A program made the position numbers and the translations under genes. From the IMG/VR virus record IMGVR_UViG_3300032356_000001: 57,438 nt of DNA; one strand, given 5' to 3'. Below the pieces are notes generated by a model. That model was not told where the DNA came from. It saw only the letters and a program-made list of their open reading frames with translations, and searched no databases. The stretch's first letter is position 1. Every line of letters starts with the position of its first letter. Positions 8,227-17,068 of the stretch are shown here, in pieces. Origin of the DNA: a virus.

Positions 8227-9039
8227 ATGAGTGTCAAGTATCGTGTTTGGAAGGTGCGTCGAGACGGAGTGTCCCAGCGGTACAGGGTCGCGCCGACACG
8301 CGAGTACGGTAAGTCGGTCGAGTCGATTGTCGTCAAGCAACTTCAGCACGCTCTGGAGACGGGTCAGCCCCCAGAAATCTCGCCCGCGAGCAACGACGGG
8401 CTGTTCCGCGTGTATGTCAACGCACTGGAGCGGAAGCTCGAACTGCAAGGAGACGCCGAGGCATATCAATTGCTGACTCCTCTCGAACCTTACCTCGCTC
8501 GTAATTTGCCTGAAGCGCATCGATTGATTGTCCGATTGGCAACCGAAGCGCCCCATCGGACACTGCGAAGCATCGCGATGGAGGTGTGCAAGCGTTCTGT
8601 GTACGAGACGCCCTCGCTGCTCAGCGAAATCGCGATTCAGTCACCTGATAGGTGGGGCGTGGACAAGGCGTTGAGAAATTTGCGAGAATACATAGACAAC
8701 GGATTGCGTTACCTCTTCGACACGCTTCTTCAGGGGAGGAAATTGAATGTAGACAAGTCAAAGTTCGAGCGCAGTCTCGTCAAGGGAATCGATGTGCTGC
8801 TCGACGGCTTGAACGGATTCGACGGGAAGTGGCAGATACCCGAATTGACTCTTAGCGGGTCAGTCGTCTGGATGCGCGACAATATTGGCGACATCCTTGA
8901 GCTACCGCTGACACAGAAGGTTCGTCGCAAGATGGAGCGCACGATGCAGGCAATCGCCAAGCGCGACGACCTCGATGATCAGGTACGCCACGATGCAGTC
9001 GGAGTGGCGCGGAAACTGCGGGAACGGCACGAATTGTAA
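8227..9039 (+). CDS. Tagged paralog 2: same N-terminal 26 aa, strongly diverged helical-repeat body
   Basis: The first 78 nt differ from paralog 1 at only 3 positions, then nucleotide identity stops abruptly. No own -10 box was seen. Confidence 0.65.
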   Translation: MSVKYRVWKVRRDGVSQRYRVAPTREYGKSVESIVVKQLQHALETGQPPEISPASNDGLFRVYVNALERKLELQGDAEAYQLLTPLEPYLARNLPEAHRLIVRLATEAPHRTLRSIAMEVCKRSVYETPSLLSEIAIQSPDRWGVDKALRNLREYIDNGLRYLFDTLLQGRKLNVDKSKFERSLVKGIDVLLDGLNGFDGKWQIPELTLSGSVVWMRDNIGDILELPLTQKVRRKMERTMQAIAKRDDLDDQVRHDAVGVARKLRERHEL

Positions 9040-9063
9040 GCAGGTCGGTACAATTCAGCAGCG

Positions 9064-9966
9064 ATGAGTGTCAAGTATCGTGTTTGGAAGGTGCGTCGAG
9101 ACGGGGTGTCCCAGCGGTACAGGGTCGCGCCGACACGCGAGCATGACGATGCGGTTATCGCTGTTATGAGCGACCGTCTCGCCACGGCGGAATCGCGCGA
9201 GGCGCAGGAACTTGCACGGAAACTCCTGCAGAATCCGTCGGTGCAGGAATTGCTCTATCGCTCGCTGGTGCGACAGTATGAGGAAACGAAGTCGTCGGAT
9301 GATGGGCCGATGTCGTTCCTGCAGCACTACTTGTCGCGCGGGCATCCTGGCGCAGAGGCGCTCCTCGTGCGATTGGCAACCGAACCCTCCAACTGGCATT
9401 TGCAATACGCAGCTGTCATTACGATAGCGAAATCTATGAATCCGCGTGCGCCGCGTTTGTTTCGCGAGATAGCCGACAAGGCGACCGACGAATGGACGGC
9501 TCGCTCCGCTATCTTCAACTTGGCAATCAATCTTAAAGTCACGATGGAAAACCTAATCGGTAAAGGAATCACGCCGACAAGGGAGGAGATACTCGATGCG
9601 TTGGAGACGCTCGGACTTGCGATGCAAGGCAAGTGGTTCGAGCCCAAACCCAAAGGCGAGATAAACCCCATCCTTGCCGCGTTGAACTACAAGCGTTCCG
9701 AATTCGAGAAGGCGACTCACGGGCAGATACCCACTCGCATCGAAGAGACGCTTATCGACGGGCTGATGTCGATTCTCTTGACCGAAGACTTGTCCACTGA
9801 GGCGTTCGATAGAACGCTGGATGTCATCAAGGAGTGGGGGTCAGAGTACGCGCTCTCCAAGCTCCGTTCTCTGTTGAGCGGTTCACTTCCGCACGAGCGT
9901 CGAGCGAATGTTCTCGACGCTATACAAGAGATAGAACATCGGCTGAAGCGCAATAGTAGTCAGTGA
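9064..9966 (+). CDS. HEAT-repeat protein, paralog 3, with shared N-terminal tag
   Basis: GGTACAATT (9049-9054) lies upstream; high nucleotide similarity to paralogs 1, 4 and 5 along the whole gene. Confidence 0.7.
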   Translation: MSVKYRVWKVRRDGVSQRYRVAPTREHDDAVIAVMSDRLATAESREAQELARKLLQNPSVQELLYRSLVRQYEETKSSDDGPMSFLQHYLSRGHPGAEALLVRLATEPSNWHLQYAAVITIAKSMNPRAPRLFREIADKATDEWTARSAIFNLAINLKVTMENLIGKGITPTREEILDALETLGLAMQGKWFEPKPKGEINPILAALNYKRSEFEKATHGQIPTRIEETLIDGLMSILLTEDLSTEAFDRTLDVIKEWGSEYALSKLRSLLSGSLPHERRANVLDAIQEIEHRLKRNSSQ

Positions 9967-10012
9967 ACTGCGGGAGCGGTACGAATTGTAAGCACGACGG
10001 TACAATTGAGCG

Positions 10013-10945
10013 ATGAGTGTCAAGTACCGTGTTTGGAAGGTGCGTCGGGATGGTGTGTCCCAGCGGTACAGGGTCGCGCCGACACGCGAGCATGACAGTG
10101 CGGTCGTCGGCGTCGTAAGCGGCGACCTCGCCTCGGCGGAGTCGCACAAGGAGCAGGAACTTGCACGAAAGCTCCTGCAGAATCCGTCGGTGCAGGAGTC
10201 GGTCTACCGCTCGCTGGTGCGACAGCATGAGAAAACGATCTCGACGGATGTGGGGCCGATGTTGTTCCTGCAAAACTACTTAGCGCATGGGTCTCCAGAG
10301 GCAGAGGCGCTGCTCGTGCGATTGGCGACCGAACCCTCCGACAGGAATGTACGATTCGCAGCTATCTATGCGATAGCGACCTCTATGGATCCGCGTGCGC
10401 CGCGCTTGATTCGCGAGGTTGCCGATAAGGCGCCCGACGAATGGACGGCTCGCACCGCCATCACCTACTTGGCAACATACCTTGAAGTCACGATGGAAAA
10501 CCTGATCGGTGAAGGAATCACGCCGACAAGGGATGAGGTACTCGATGCGCTGGAGATGCTCGGACTCGCGCTGCAAGGCGAGTGGTTCAGACCCGAAGAC
10601 GAGATACGCTACATCCTTGCCGCGTTGAACTACAAGCGTTCCGAATTCGAGCAAGCGGCTCACGGACAGATACCCGACAGCGTTGAAAAGCAGGTTATCG
10701 ACGGACTGATGTCGGTTCTCCCGATGGGAAGATTGTCCACCGAGGGGTTCGAGCAAACGCTGAATGTCATCAAGGAGTGGGGGTCAGAGTACGCGATTCG
10801 CAAGCTCCGTTCCTACTTGAGAGGCGCCATTTCCTTATTGAGAGACGCCATTTCGCAACAGCGTCGACGGATGGTTCTCGACGCTATACACGATATAGAA
10901 CAACGGCTGAAGCGCAAGTCGGTACAATTCGGCGATGAGCGGTAG
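10013..10945 (+). CDS. HEAT-repeat protein, paralog 4, with shared N-terminal tag
   Basis: GGTACAATT (10001-10006) lies 6 nt upstream of the ATG. Confidence 0.7.
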   Translation: MSVKYRVWKVRRDGVSQRYRVAPTREHDSAVVGVVSGDLASAESHKEQELARKLLQNPSVQESVYRSLVRQHEKTISTDVGPMLFLQNYLAHGSPEAEALLVRLATEPSDRNVRFAAIYAIATSMDPRAPRLIREVADKAPDEWTARTAITYLATYLEVTMENLIGEGITPTRDEVLDALEMLGLALQGEWFRPEDEIRYILAALNYKRSEFEQAAHGQIPDSVEKQVIDGLMSVLPMGRLSTEGFEQTLNVIKEWGSEYAIRKLRSYLRGAISLLRDAISQQRRRMVLDAIHDIEQRLKRKSVQFGDER

Positions 10946-11828
10946 GTATCAGGTACGGAAGGTGCGTCGGGATGGTGTGTCCCAACGGTACTGGGTCGCG
11001 CCGACAAGCGAGCATGACGATGCGGTTATTGCTGTCGTAAGCGGCGACCTTGCCACGGCGGAATCGCGCAAGATGCAGGAACTTGCACAGCAACTTATGC
11101 AAGCTCCGTCAGTGCAGGAGTCGGTCTATCGCTTGCTAATGCGACAGTATGAGGAAATTGGCACTTCGTATGCAAAGCCGATGTCGTTCCTGCAGCACTA
11201 CTTGTCGCGTGGGTATCCAGAGGCAGAGGCGCTGCTCGTGCGATTGGCGACCGAACCCTCCAACAGGCATGTACGAAGAGCAGCTATCGAAACGATAGCG
11301 ACCTCGACGAATCCGCGTGTCCCGCGCTTGATTCGCGAGGTCATCGACAAGGCGCCCGACGAAGACACGACTCGCTACGCCATCTTCTACTTGGCAACCT
11401 ACCTCAACGACACGATGCAGAATCTGATGACTCAAGGAATCACGCTTGCAAGGGAGGCGGTACTCGATGCGTTGGAGACGCTCGGACTTGCGATGCAAGG
11501 CAAATGGTTCGAGCCCAAAGGCGAGATAAGCAACATCCTCAACGCGTTGAAATACAAGCGTTCCGAATTCGAGCGGGCGGCTCAAGGGCAGATACCCGAC
11601 AGCGTTGAAAAGCAGGTTATCGACGGGCTGATGTCGGTTCTCTCGTTAGGAGACTTGGCTAATGAGGCGTTCAAGCAAATGCTGGGTGTCGTCGAGAAGT
11701 GGGGCTCAGAGTACGCGCTCTCCAAGCTTCGCTCTCTATGGAGCGGTTTAAGTTCGAAACGGCGTCGAGATATGGTCTTCGACGCTATGAACGAGATAGA
11801 ACACCAGCTGAAGCGCAAGTCGGGATAA
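10935..11828 (+). CDS. HEAT-repeat protein, paralog 5, with tag variant MSGRYQVRKVRRDGVSQRYWVAPT
   Basis: GGTACAATT (10923-10928) lies 6 nt upstream; 11-nt overlap with paralog 4. Confidence 0.7.
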   Translation: MSGRYQVRKVRRDGVSQRYWVAPTSEHDDAVIAVVSGDLATAESRKMQELAQQLMQAPSVQESVYRLLMRQYEEIGTSYAKPMSFLQHYLSRGYPEAEALLVRLATEPSNRHVRRAAIETIATSTNPRVPRLIREVIDKAPDEDTTRYAIFYLATYLNDTMQNLMTQGITLAREAVLDALETLGLAMQGKWFEPKGEISNILNALKYKRSEFERAAQGQIPDSVEKQVIDGLMSVLSLGDLANEAFKQMLGVVEKWGSEYALSKLRSLWSGLSSKRRRDMVFDAMNEIEHQLKRKSG

Positions 11829-11852
11829 ACGCGAGAGCGAGTGAGTTATCGG

Positions 11853-11858
11853 TATAAT
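11853..11858 (+). promoter_or_regulatory. -10 box (cGGTATAATTg), leaderless class
   Basis: 8 nt upstream of ATG 11867. Confidence 0.55.
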
Positions 11859-11866
11859 TGCACGGC

Positions 11867-12532
11867 ATGTCGCGGCGGAACCAACAGACGACGGCGCGTG
11901 TTGTGAGTGACGAGCCTATCTGCGATTGTGCGGATGAGCATCGCCTCGATGTTCATCTCGAAAGCGCGGATGGGTATCCAGCGGTTGCGAACCTCTGTAC
12001 CCGATGCGGGCGGATACATCGCTTGCCCGCGAACGCGCGTGTGCGCGAGCGTCACGATGAAGACACAGAGACCGAGCGCATGTTGAATCGCGTCTTGTCA
12101 GCGGATCGCGCCAACGCCCATCGTCTGCAAGAGGAGATGCTCGAATTGTACGAGCGCATCGAGCGCGAGCGCGACGAAATCGAGCGACGCGTCGAGATGT
12201 TCAGGCGACGCTACCCGCAGCCGCCCGTGCAGTCCACGGCACATTACCGTGACGCGCTCGCACAGTACGAAGCGGACATCGAGCGACTCCGCGAACTGGA
12301 GATGGCGGAAGCGCACGCTAACGAAACGCTCGGTATGCTCGGCATGCAGGAAGACCCAGACCCTGAGCAGTTCGAGCGCGTTCGAGCAATCGCGGGTATG
12401 CCGAGCCTTGACGCTACGATTCCGTCAGAACCTGACGACGCCACGCCAGACGCTATCCCATCGGAAGCGGAAACGACAGATTCGGAAGCGACGGATGCGA
12501 CTGCCAATACTGACCGTAGGTATTCTCCGTGA
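11867..12532 (+). CDS. Hypothetical coiled-coil protein with an N-terminal Cys cluster (CDC...CTRC) and an acidic tail
   Basis: ORF 11858-12532 trimmed to the ATG; E/R-rich heptad-like region. Confidence 0.55.
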   Translation: MSRRNQQTTARVVSDEPICDCADEHRLDVHLESADGYPAVANLCTRCGRIHRLPANARVRERHDEDTETERMLNRVLSADRANAHRLQEEMLELYERIERERDEIERRVEMFRRRYPQPPVQSTAHYRDALAQYEADIERLRELEMAEAHANETLGMLGMQEDPDPEQFERVRAIAGMPSLDATIPSEPDDATPDAIPSEAETTDSEATDATANTDRRYSP

Positions 12533-14453
12533 TACCGATTCGCAGTGGCATCCCCTGTGTCTTCTGTCGGAACTGTGCGTCCCAGTCGCCATCCCAGCCG
12601 GTCTCCCCGTCCGTTAGCACCAGCACGCCGCTGTACCCGCCCTCTTCATCCCTCTGGCGCGGCACGATTAATTTCTCGACGGCTTGCACGAGACTACCCG
12701 TCACATCCGTGCTGCCCGATACCTGCAGCTGCTTCGCGATGTCTTTAGTTCGACTGCGCAGTTCCTCAGCGCCAACCTCAATCGCGCGTTCAGCGTGCAG
12801 GGATCCCGTGAACGGCACGAAGGTGAACCGCACGCCCTCATCCGCGCCAGAGTTCTCGGCGAGGTCTTGCATGTGCCCCAGAAACTTGCTGAGCATCGCG
12901 TCGTCTATGGAGCCCGACGCATCGACGAGTACCAGTATACGCATCGAGTCGCGTCTTATCCCGCGCGGGAGCAGCACATTCCCGACGGCGAGCTGTGACG
13001 GGTGTCTGCGCCCGATGGCGATGTTCGGACGCCATCGCCTTGCGAATCCCATCGACTCGCTCATAAACTCGCGCAGCACCTGTTGCCAATTCACGCGGCG
13101 CATGCCTCGAATCGCGCTGATGAGACGCTGCGCGTCTGCGCTGCCCTTGCCAGCCTTCCGACCCGTCTCCTCCGACGCCGCGTGCGACTCGCGTGCCGTG
13201 CGGTTCCGCTCACGCTCCATGTATTCCTCAGGCGTCATGCCCGATTCTGCCGCGCGACGCTCGACCGTGCGACGCACCAGCTCATGATTCTCATCCAGCA
13301 TGTCGCTCCCCAGCGGATTCTGGGATGCCTGCTTGCCTGTTGCCCCGCTCGACTGCGACTGCGATGACTGCTGCGTCTGACTCCCGCTTGACTGCGACTG
13401 CGACTGCGATTGCGACGACTGCTGCGACTGCTTCCCGCCCGACTGCGACTGCGACGACTGCTGCGACTGACTCCCGCTCGACTGCGACTGCGACGACTGC
13501 TGCGACTGCTTCCCGCTCGACTGCGATTGCGACGACTGCTGCGACTGCTTCCCGCTCGACTGCGACTGCGACGACTGCTGCGACTGCTTCCCGCTCGACT
13601 GCGACTGCGACGACTGCTGCGACTGCTTCCCGCTCGACTGCGACTGCGACGACTGCTGCGACTGTGCCTCTGCGATTTGGTTCCTCGCATGCGTGCGGTA
13701 GTTCGACTCCCACGGCAGGTAGGGATCGCAATCCTCAAGCTTGTGTATTGCCCAATCGAAGTTCGCTTCTGACGAGACAACACGCGCCTCGCGCATCGAC
13801 TTCAGCAGCCCCTCGATGAGCGTGTTGATTTCCAAGTCCGCTACATCGTTGAATACCGAGTGCGGACTCGCGCCTGCTCGTTCCAGCTCGCCGATAATAT
13901 CGCGATTGAGACGCTTAAAGTCATCGAATCGTGGGAAGTGGGTGAGCGCGAGGTGCAGCGCCTCGTGCAACAGCACCACCTGCACCATGTCGACGGTCGC
14001 CCGCACGCGGTCGGACTCGCTTATCTCCTGTCCCGTGCGTTTCTGGTGCTGTTCCGCCATGATTTTCGGTATCTCGCGCGTCACGAAGTCTGGCGAGATG
14101 TAGAGGTGTCCGAACGGGTCGACCGCCATCGTATCCAGTTCGTTCGTGTAGACAATCTTCTGGAACGGGAGCAAGCGTGACAGGGACGGGAACACCGAGC
14201 GCAGTCGTGTGAAGGCGTTCCCGACGATTTCCTGCGCTCGCGCCAGAGACTGCGAAGGCGATGCAGGCGCGGGTTCCGACGGCGTCCCAGACCCCGCGCG
14301 GGCATGCACGGCAGACTCAGGGAGTACCCAGTACCGCCGTTGGAACACCCCGTGCTGCCCGTGCACCATGTGCGGTTCGGGATGGAGCCTGCCCCCGTGC
14401 GACGGGTCGCTCAGGATGACCGAATCCCACCAAACCACGCGCGACTTGCTCAT
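12453..14453 (-). CDS. Zn-metallopeptidase-like (HExxH) + von Willebrand A domain protein (DUF2201-like) with the N-terminal shared tag and an SQ-rich repeat linker
   Basis: Motifs VLLHEALHLALTH, MIDAS VLVDASGSID and ...LVLTDGETGW. ATG 14453 is preceded by GGAGAGG and TGGTACAAT (14466-14471). Confidence 0.8.
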   Translation of the reverse strand: MSKSRVVWWDSVILSDPSHGGRLHPEPHMVHGQHGVFQRRYWVLPESAVHARAGSGTPSEPAPASPSQSLARAQEIVGNAFTRLRSVFPSLSRLLPFQKIVYTNELDTMAVDPFGHLYISPDFVTREIPKIMAEQHQKRTGQEISESDRVRATVDMVQVVLLHEALHLALTHFPRFDDFKRLNRDIIGELERAGASPHSVFNDVADLEINTLIEGLLKSMREARVVSSEANFDWAIHKLEDCDPYLPWESNYRTHARNQIAEAQSQQSSQSQSSGKQSQQSSQSQSSGKQSQQSSQSQSSGKQSQQSSQSQSSGKQSQQSSQSQSSGSQSQQSSQSQSGGKQSQQSSQSQSQSQSSGSQTQQSSQSQSSGATGKQASQNPLGSDMLDENHELVRRTVERRAAESGMTPEEYMERERNRTARESHAASEETGRKAGKGSADAQRLISAIRGMRRVNWQQVLREFMSESMGFARRWRPNIAIGRRHPSQLAVGNVLLPRGIRRDSMRILVLVDASGSIDDAMLSKFLGHMQDLAENSGADEGVRFTFVPFTGSLHAERAIEVGAEELRSRTKDIAKQLQVSGSTDVTGSLVQAVEKLIVPRQRDEEGGYSGVLVLTDGETGWDGDWDAQFRQKTQGMPLRIGITENTYGQYWQSHPSLPNLSFPLPMG
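13351..13664. repeat. About 8 tandem copies of a 39-bp unit (gactgcgactgcgacgactgctgcgactgcttcccgctc), in frame, encoding (SSGKQSQQSSQSQ)n
   Basis: Read directly; copies differ by a few substitutions and one 6-bp insertion. Confidence 0.9.
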
Positions 14454-17068
14454 CGCCTCTCCGCGATTGTACCATACGGCGCATCGGTCAGGTGACCGTG
14501 TGCGCTCAGCAGATGCATCGCGTGGAGCAGCTCCTCGCGATGCTCGGGCGAGAGATGTTCCCACACATTGTTGACCGTCTGCCAGTGCTGTTCTACCGTG
14601 TCTCGGATTCTGCCGCGTGCGCTCGCATGCAACGGCGCGACATTCACAGCGGGATGCGACAGCACCTGCGCCACATGCTCAGGCGCATGACCTGCCAGCC
14701 GACCGAGTTCCGCATGCTGCTTGCGACGCGCATCCTCATGGTAGGCGCGATACTCGTCGTGAATCTCCTCTGGGAGTATCTCCTGACCCGATTCTACATC
14801 GATGACGGGCGTATGGAGCATCGAGAGCAGTCCCATCCCTGCAGCCGCGCGATGCGCCTCGCGCGAAATCGCATGCACCGTCGATGCATCGCGGTTCTGT
14901 GCGAGAGTCTCCAGCAGACCGTCGAGACGGTTGAGACTGCGTTCCGTCTCCGTGTGCGTGTCGTGCAGGCGCTGTGCGACGATTTCAGGGTTGCCCGAAC
15001 CGAGTATTGCACGCACGCCCCGTCCCAGCGGCGAGCGCGAGTCGACCGCTTCAAGGTGCAGCGCGTGCGCTGCAGGCGCGCCGTGCTGACCCGCCAAGTG
15101 GAGCAGATGCTTCGAGCGCGTGAGGTCGACCGATGCGTGCGAGTCGAACCCTGGCATGTGCAGTTCGGATGTTCCGTCGGGATTCGTACTGACATGCAGC
15201 TTGTCGGTGTCGGTATCCAGATAGTGCAGCGGGAGCGAGAACTCGTAGGGTTGCTGCGACGGGGGCGTGTCGTCGCTGGATAGCACGCGAATCAAGTCGT
15301 CGACGGTCTCAATCGGCTGGCTCTTGAAGGTCGCGCGGGTATGCTTCGCGCCCGCCTCCTTCGCGCGGTCGGAGTGCGTGATGAACACTCCCTCATGCGT
15401 CGCGGCGTCGTGTACCCGCGTCTCGCGATGCACTGTCCGACCGTGATGCGCATCGCTCCCTGCAGCGTCGTCCATAATCGCTTCGACCGATTCCGCGCCT
15501 CGCGGCTTGAGCGCCGTCTGGATAATCTCGTGAATCTTCGGAATGTTCGGGCGTCCCACATTACATGCGAGGAACCGCTCCACCTCTGGCGAGTCCAAGT
15601 CGTATCCCAGCGCGAACAGCACGGACAGCTGGTCAGCGAGTATCATCACGCGTCGCGGCGACATATGCTTGCGGTCGGAATCCATCGAGGCGTAATCGGG
15701 CATATAGTTCGGGTCTGACTTGAAGTTATGCCACATCCCCGCGAGGTCGCCTGATAGCATCGCGTCGATGAGCGCACTCGCGATGCGGTAGTTCGTGCTT
15801 GCGCATTCCGCGCGGAGATCCGAGCGTAGCCCGCGCGACGACATCAGCTTCAGCAGCGTCATCAGATTCTGATGCTCGCGCATCACCTCGCGTGCGGAAC
15901 GACCCGTCTCCAGTTTCGCCCGCATCTGTTCCAGCTCGCCCGCCGCGCCCGCCAGCTCGGGCGACGACGCCTGACGCGACTGACGCGCCTCTTCCGCTTC
16001 CCGCTCCGCATCCTCGTCATAATCCAGAACGAACCGACGCAGGCGATCACGCGCACCTGTCGCTTCGCGCGACGACTCCTGCTCAAACACCGACTGAATC
16101 GCGCGTACATACTCGTCCTCTTCCGACGGCGTCGTCGCATAGTAGAGGAACCTGTCCGCGAACGGAACCAGCGAGGAGCGCATCTTGCCCATCTCGCCTT
16201 CCCAGTCCGCGCGGTTACCGAGCATCACGATGCGGAACGGAACGCCGAGCCGACGGTCAGCGACGATACCGTTCGTGATGAGCGACAGCATCGTCTGCAG
16301 GATCTGGGGCGACTTCGTCGCCTCGTCGAACACCAGCACGAGCGGTACGCCGCGCTGCTTGCAATACTGAATCTTGTGTTCCAAGTCCGCCGTGAACATG
16401 AACCGCACCATGCCCTCGTCGATGGCTTGTGCGCCCATCTGCTCTGTAATGTTGTAGACTGCCGATTGCACATTCAGGATATGGACGCGGAACGGCGCTG
16501 CGTCCTGTTCCGACATAGCGTCGCTCATGTTCATCATCGCTTCCCACAGCGTGGTCTTGCCCACGCCAGGAGCGGAGAGCATCATCACGGGGTGTCCGAC
16601 GGCGCTCCCGTTCTCGTGGATACGCACGGCAAGATGTGCGAGCATCATCTGGCGCTCCATCGGGTTCAGTTGTTCGATGGCGTTGCGCAGCGCCTCGCGT
16701 ACCTCTTCAGGGAGCTGTTCGACATCCAGCCCTGCGGGCGAGGCGCTGGGGGCGCCCGCGCCGTGCGACGGCGCGGGCGCTGGGTGAGGAGACACGGAAG
16801 GAGAAGGTGAGGATGATGGCGATGTAGAGGAAGGCTTCCGCTTGCGTGCTTCGAGCGTCTCGCCGCGCACCCAGAAGGTCTGCTGGAAGGTCGTGCCCTC
16901 GCGATGCACAGTCCGCTCCTCAGGATGTAGACCACGCGACATCGGGTCTTGATGCAGCCCCGAATGGTGCGGGATACTCGGATGGTACTCGTACCGCTCC
17001 GAGAACAGCACCGTGCGCCACCAGACGCGACGCCTGCGATTAATCCGATTCGATGTACCGATTCGCAT
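14450..17068 (-). CDS. Large AAA+ ATPase (MoxR/AAA_5-like core) with the N-terminal shared tag and a long C-terminal extension
   Basis: Walker A LSAPGVGKTT and Walker B LVLVFDEATK. Start chosen at ATG 17068 (GGAGCG SD); 17080 is also possible. Confidence 0.75.
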   Translation of the reverse strand: MRIGTSNRINRRRRVWWRTVLFSERYEYHPSIPHHSGLHQDPMSRGLHPEERTVHREGTTFQQTFWVRGETLEARKRKPSSTSPSSSPSPSVSPHPAPAPSHGAGAPSASPAGLDVEQLPEEVREALRNAIEQLNPMERQMMLAHLAVRIHENGSAVGHPVMMLSAPGVGKTTLWEAMMNMSDAMSEQDAAPFRVHILNVQSAVYNITEQMGAQAIDEGMVRFMFTADLEHKIQYCKQRGVPLVLVFDEATKSPQILQTMLSLITNGIVADRRLGVPFRIVMLGNRADWEGEMGKMRSSLVPFADRFLYYATTPSEEDEYVRAIQSVFEQESSREATGARDRLRRFVLDYDEDAEREAEEARQSRQASSPELAGAAGELEQMRAKLETGRSAREVMREHQNLMTLLKLMSSRGLRSDLRAECASTNYRIASALIDAMLSGDLAGMWHNFKSDPNYMPDYASMDSDRKHMSPRRVMILADQLSVLFALGYDLDSPEVERFLACNVGRPNIPKIHEIIQTALKPRGAESVEAIMDDAAGSDAHHGRTVHRETRVHDAATHEGVFITHSDRAKEAGAKHTRATFKSQPIETVDDLIRVLSSDDTPPSQQPYEFSLPLHYLDTDTDKLHVSTNPDGTSELHMPGFDSHASVDLTRSKHLLHLAGQHGAPAAHALHLEAVDSRSPLGRGVRAILGSGNPEIVAQRLHDTHTETERSLNRLDGLLETLAQNRDASTVHAISREAHRAAAGMGLLSMLHTPVIDVESGQEILPEEIHDEYRAYHEDARRKQHAELGRLAGHAPEHVAQVLSHPAVNVAPLHASARGRIRDTVEQHWQTVNNVWEHLSPEHREELLHAMHLLSAHGHLTDAPYGTIAERR

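Noticed and set aside
13351-13664. Regular 39-bp repeats, considered as a possible CRISPR array or satellite.
   Set aside because: The copies are contiguous with no spacers. They are in frame within a long ORF that has flanking HExxH and VWA domains, so this is a coding low-complexity linker.
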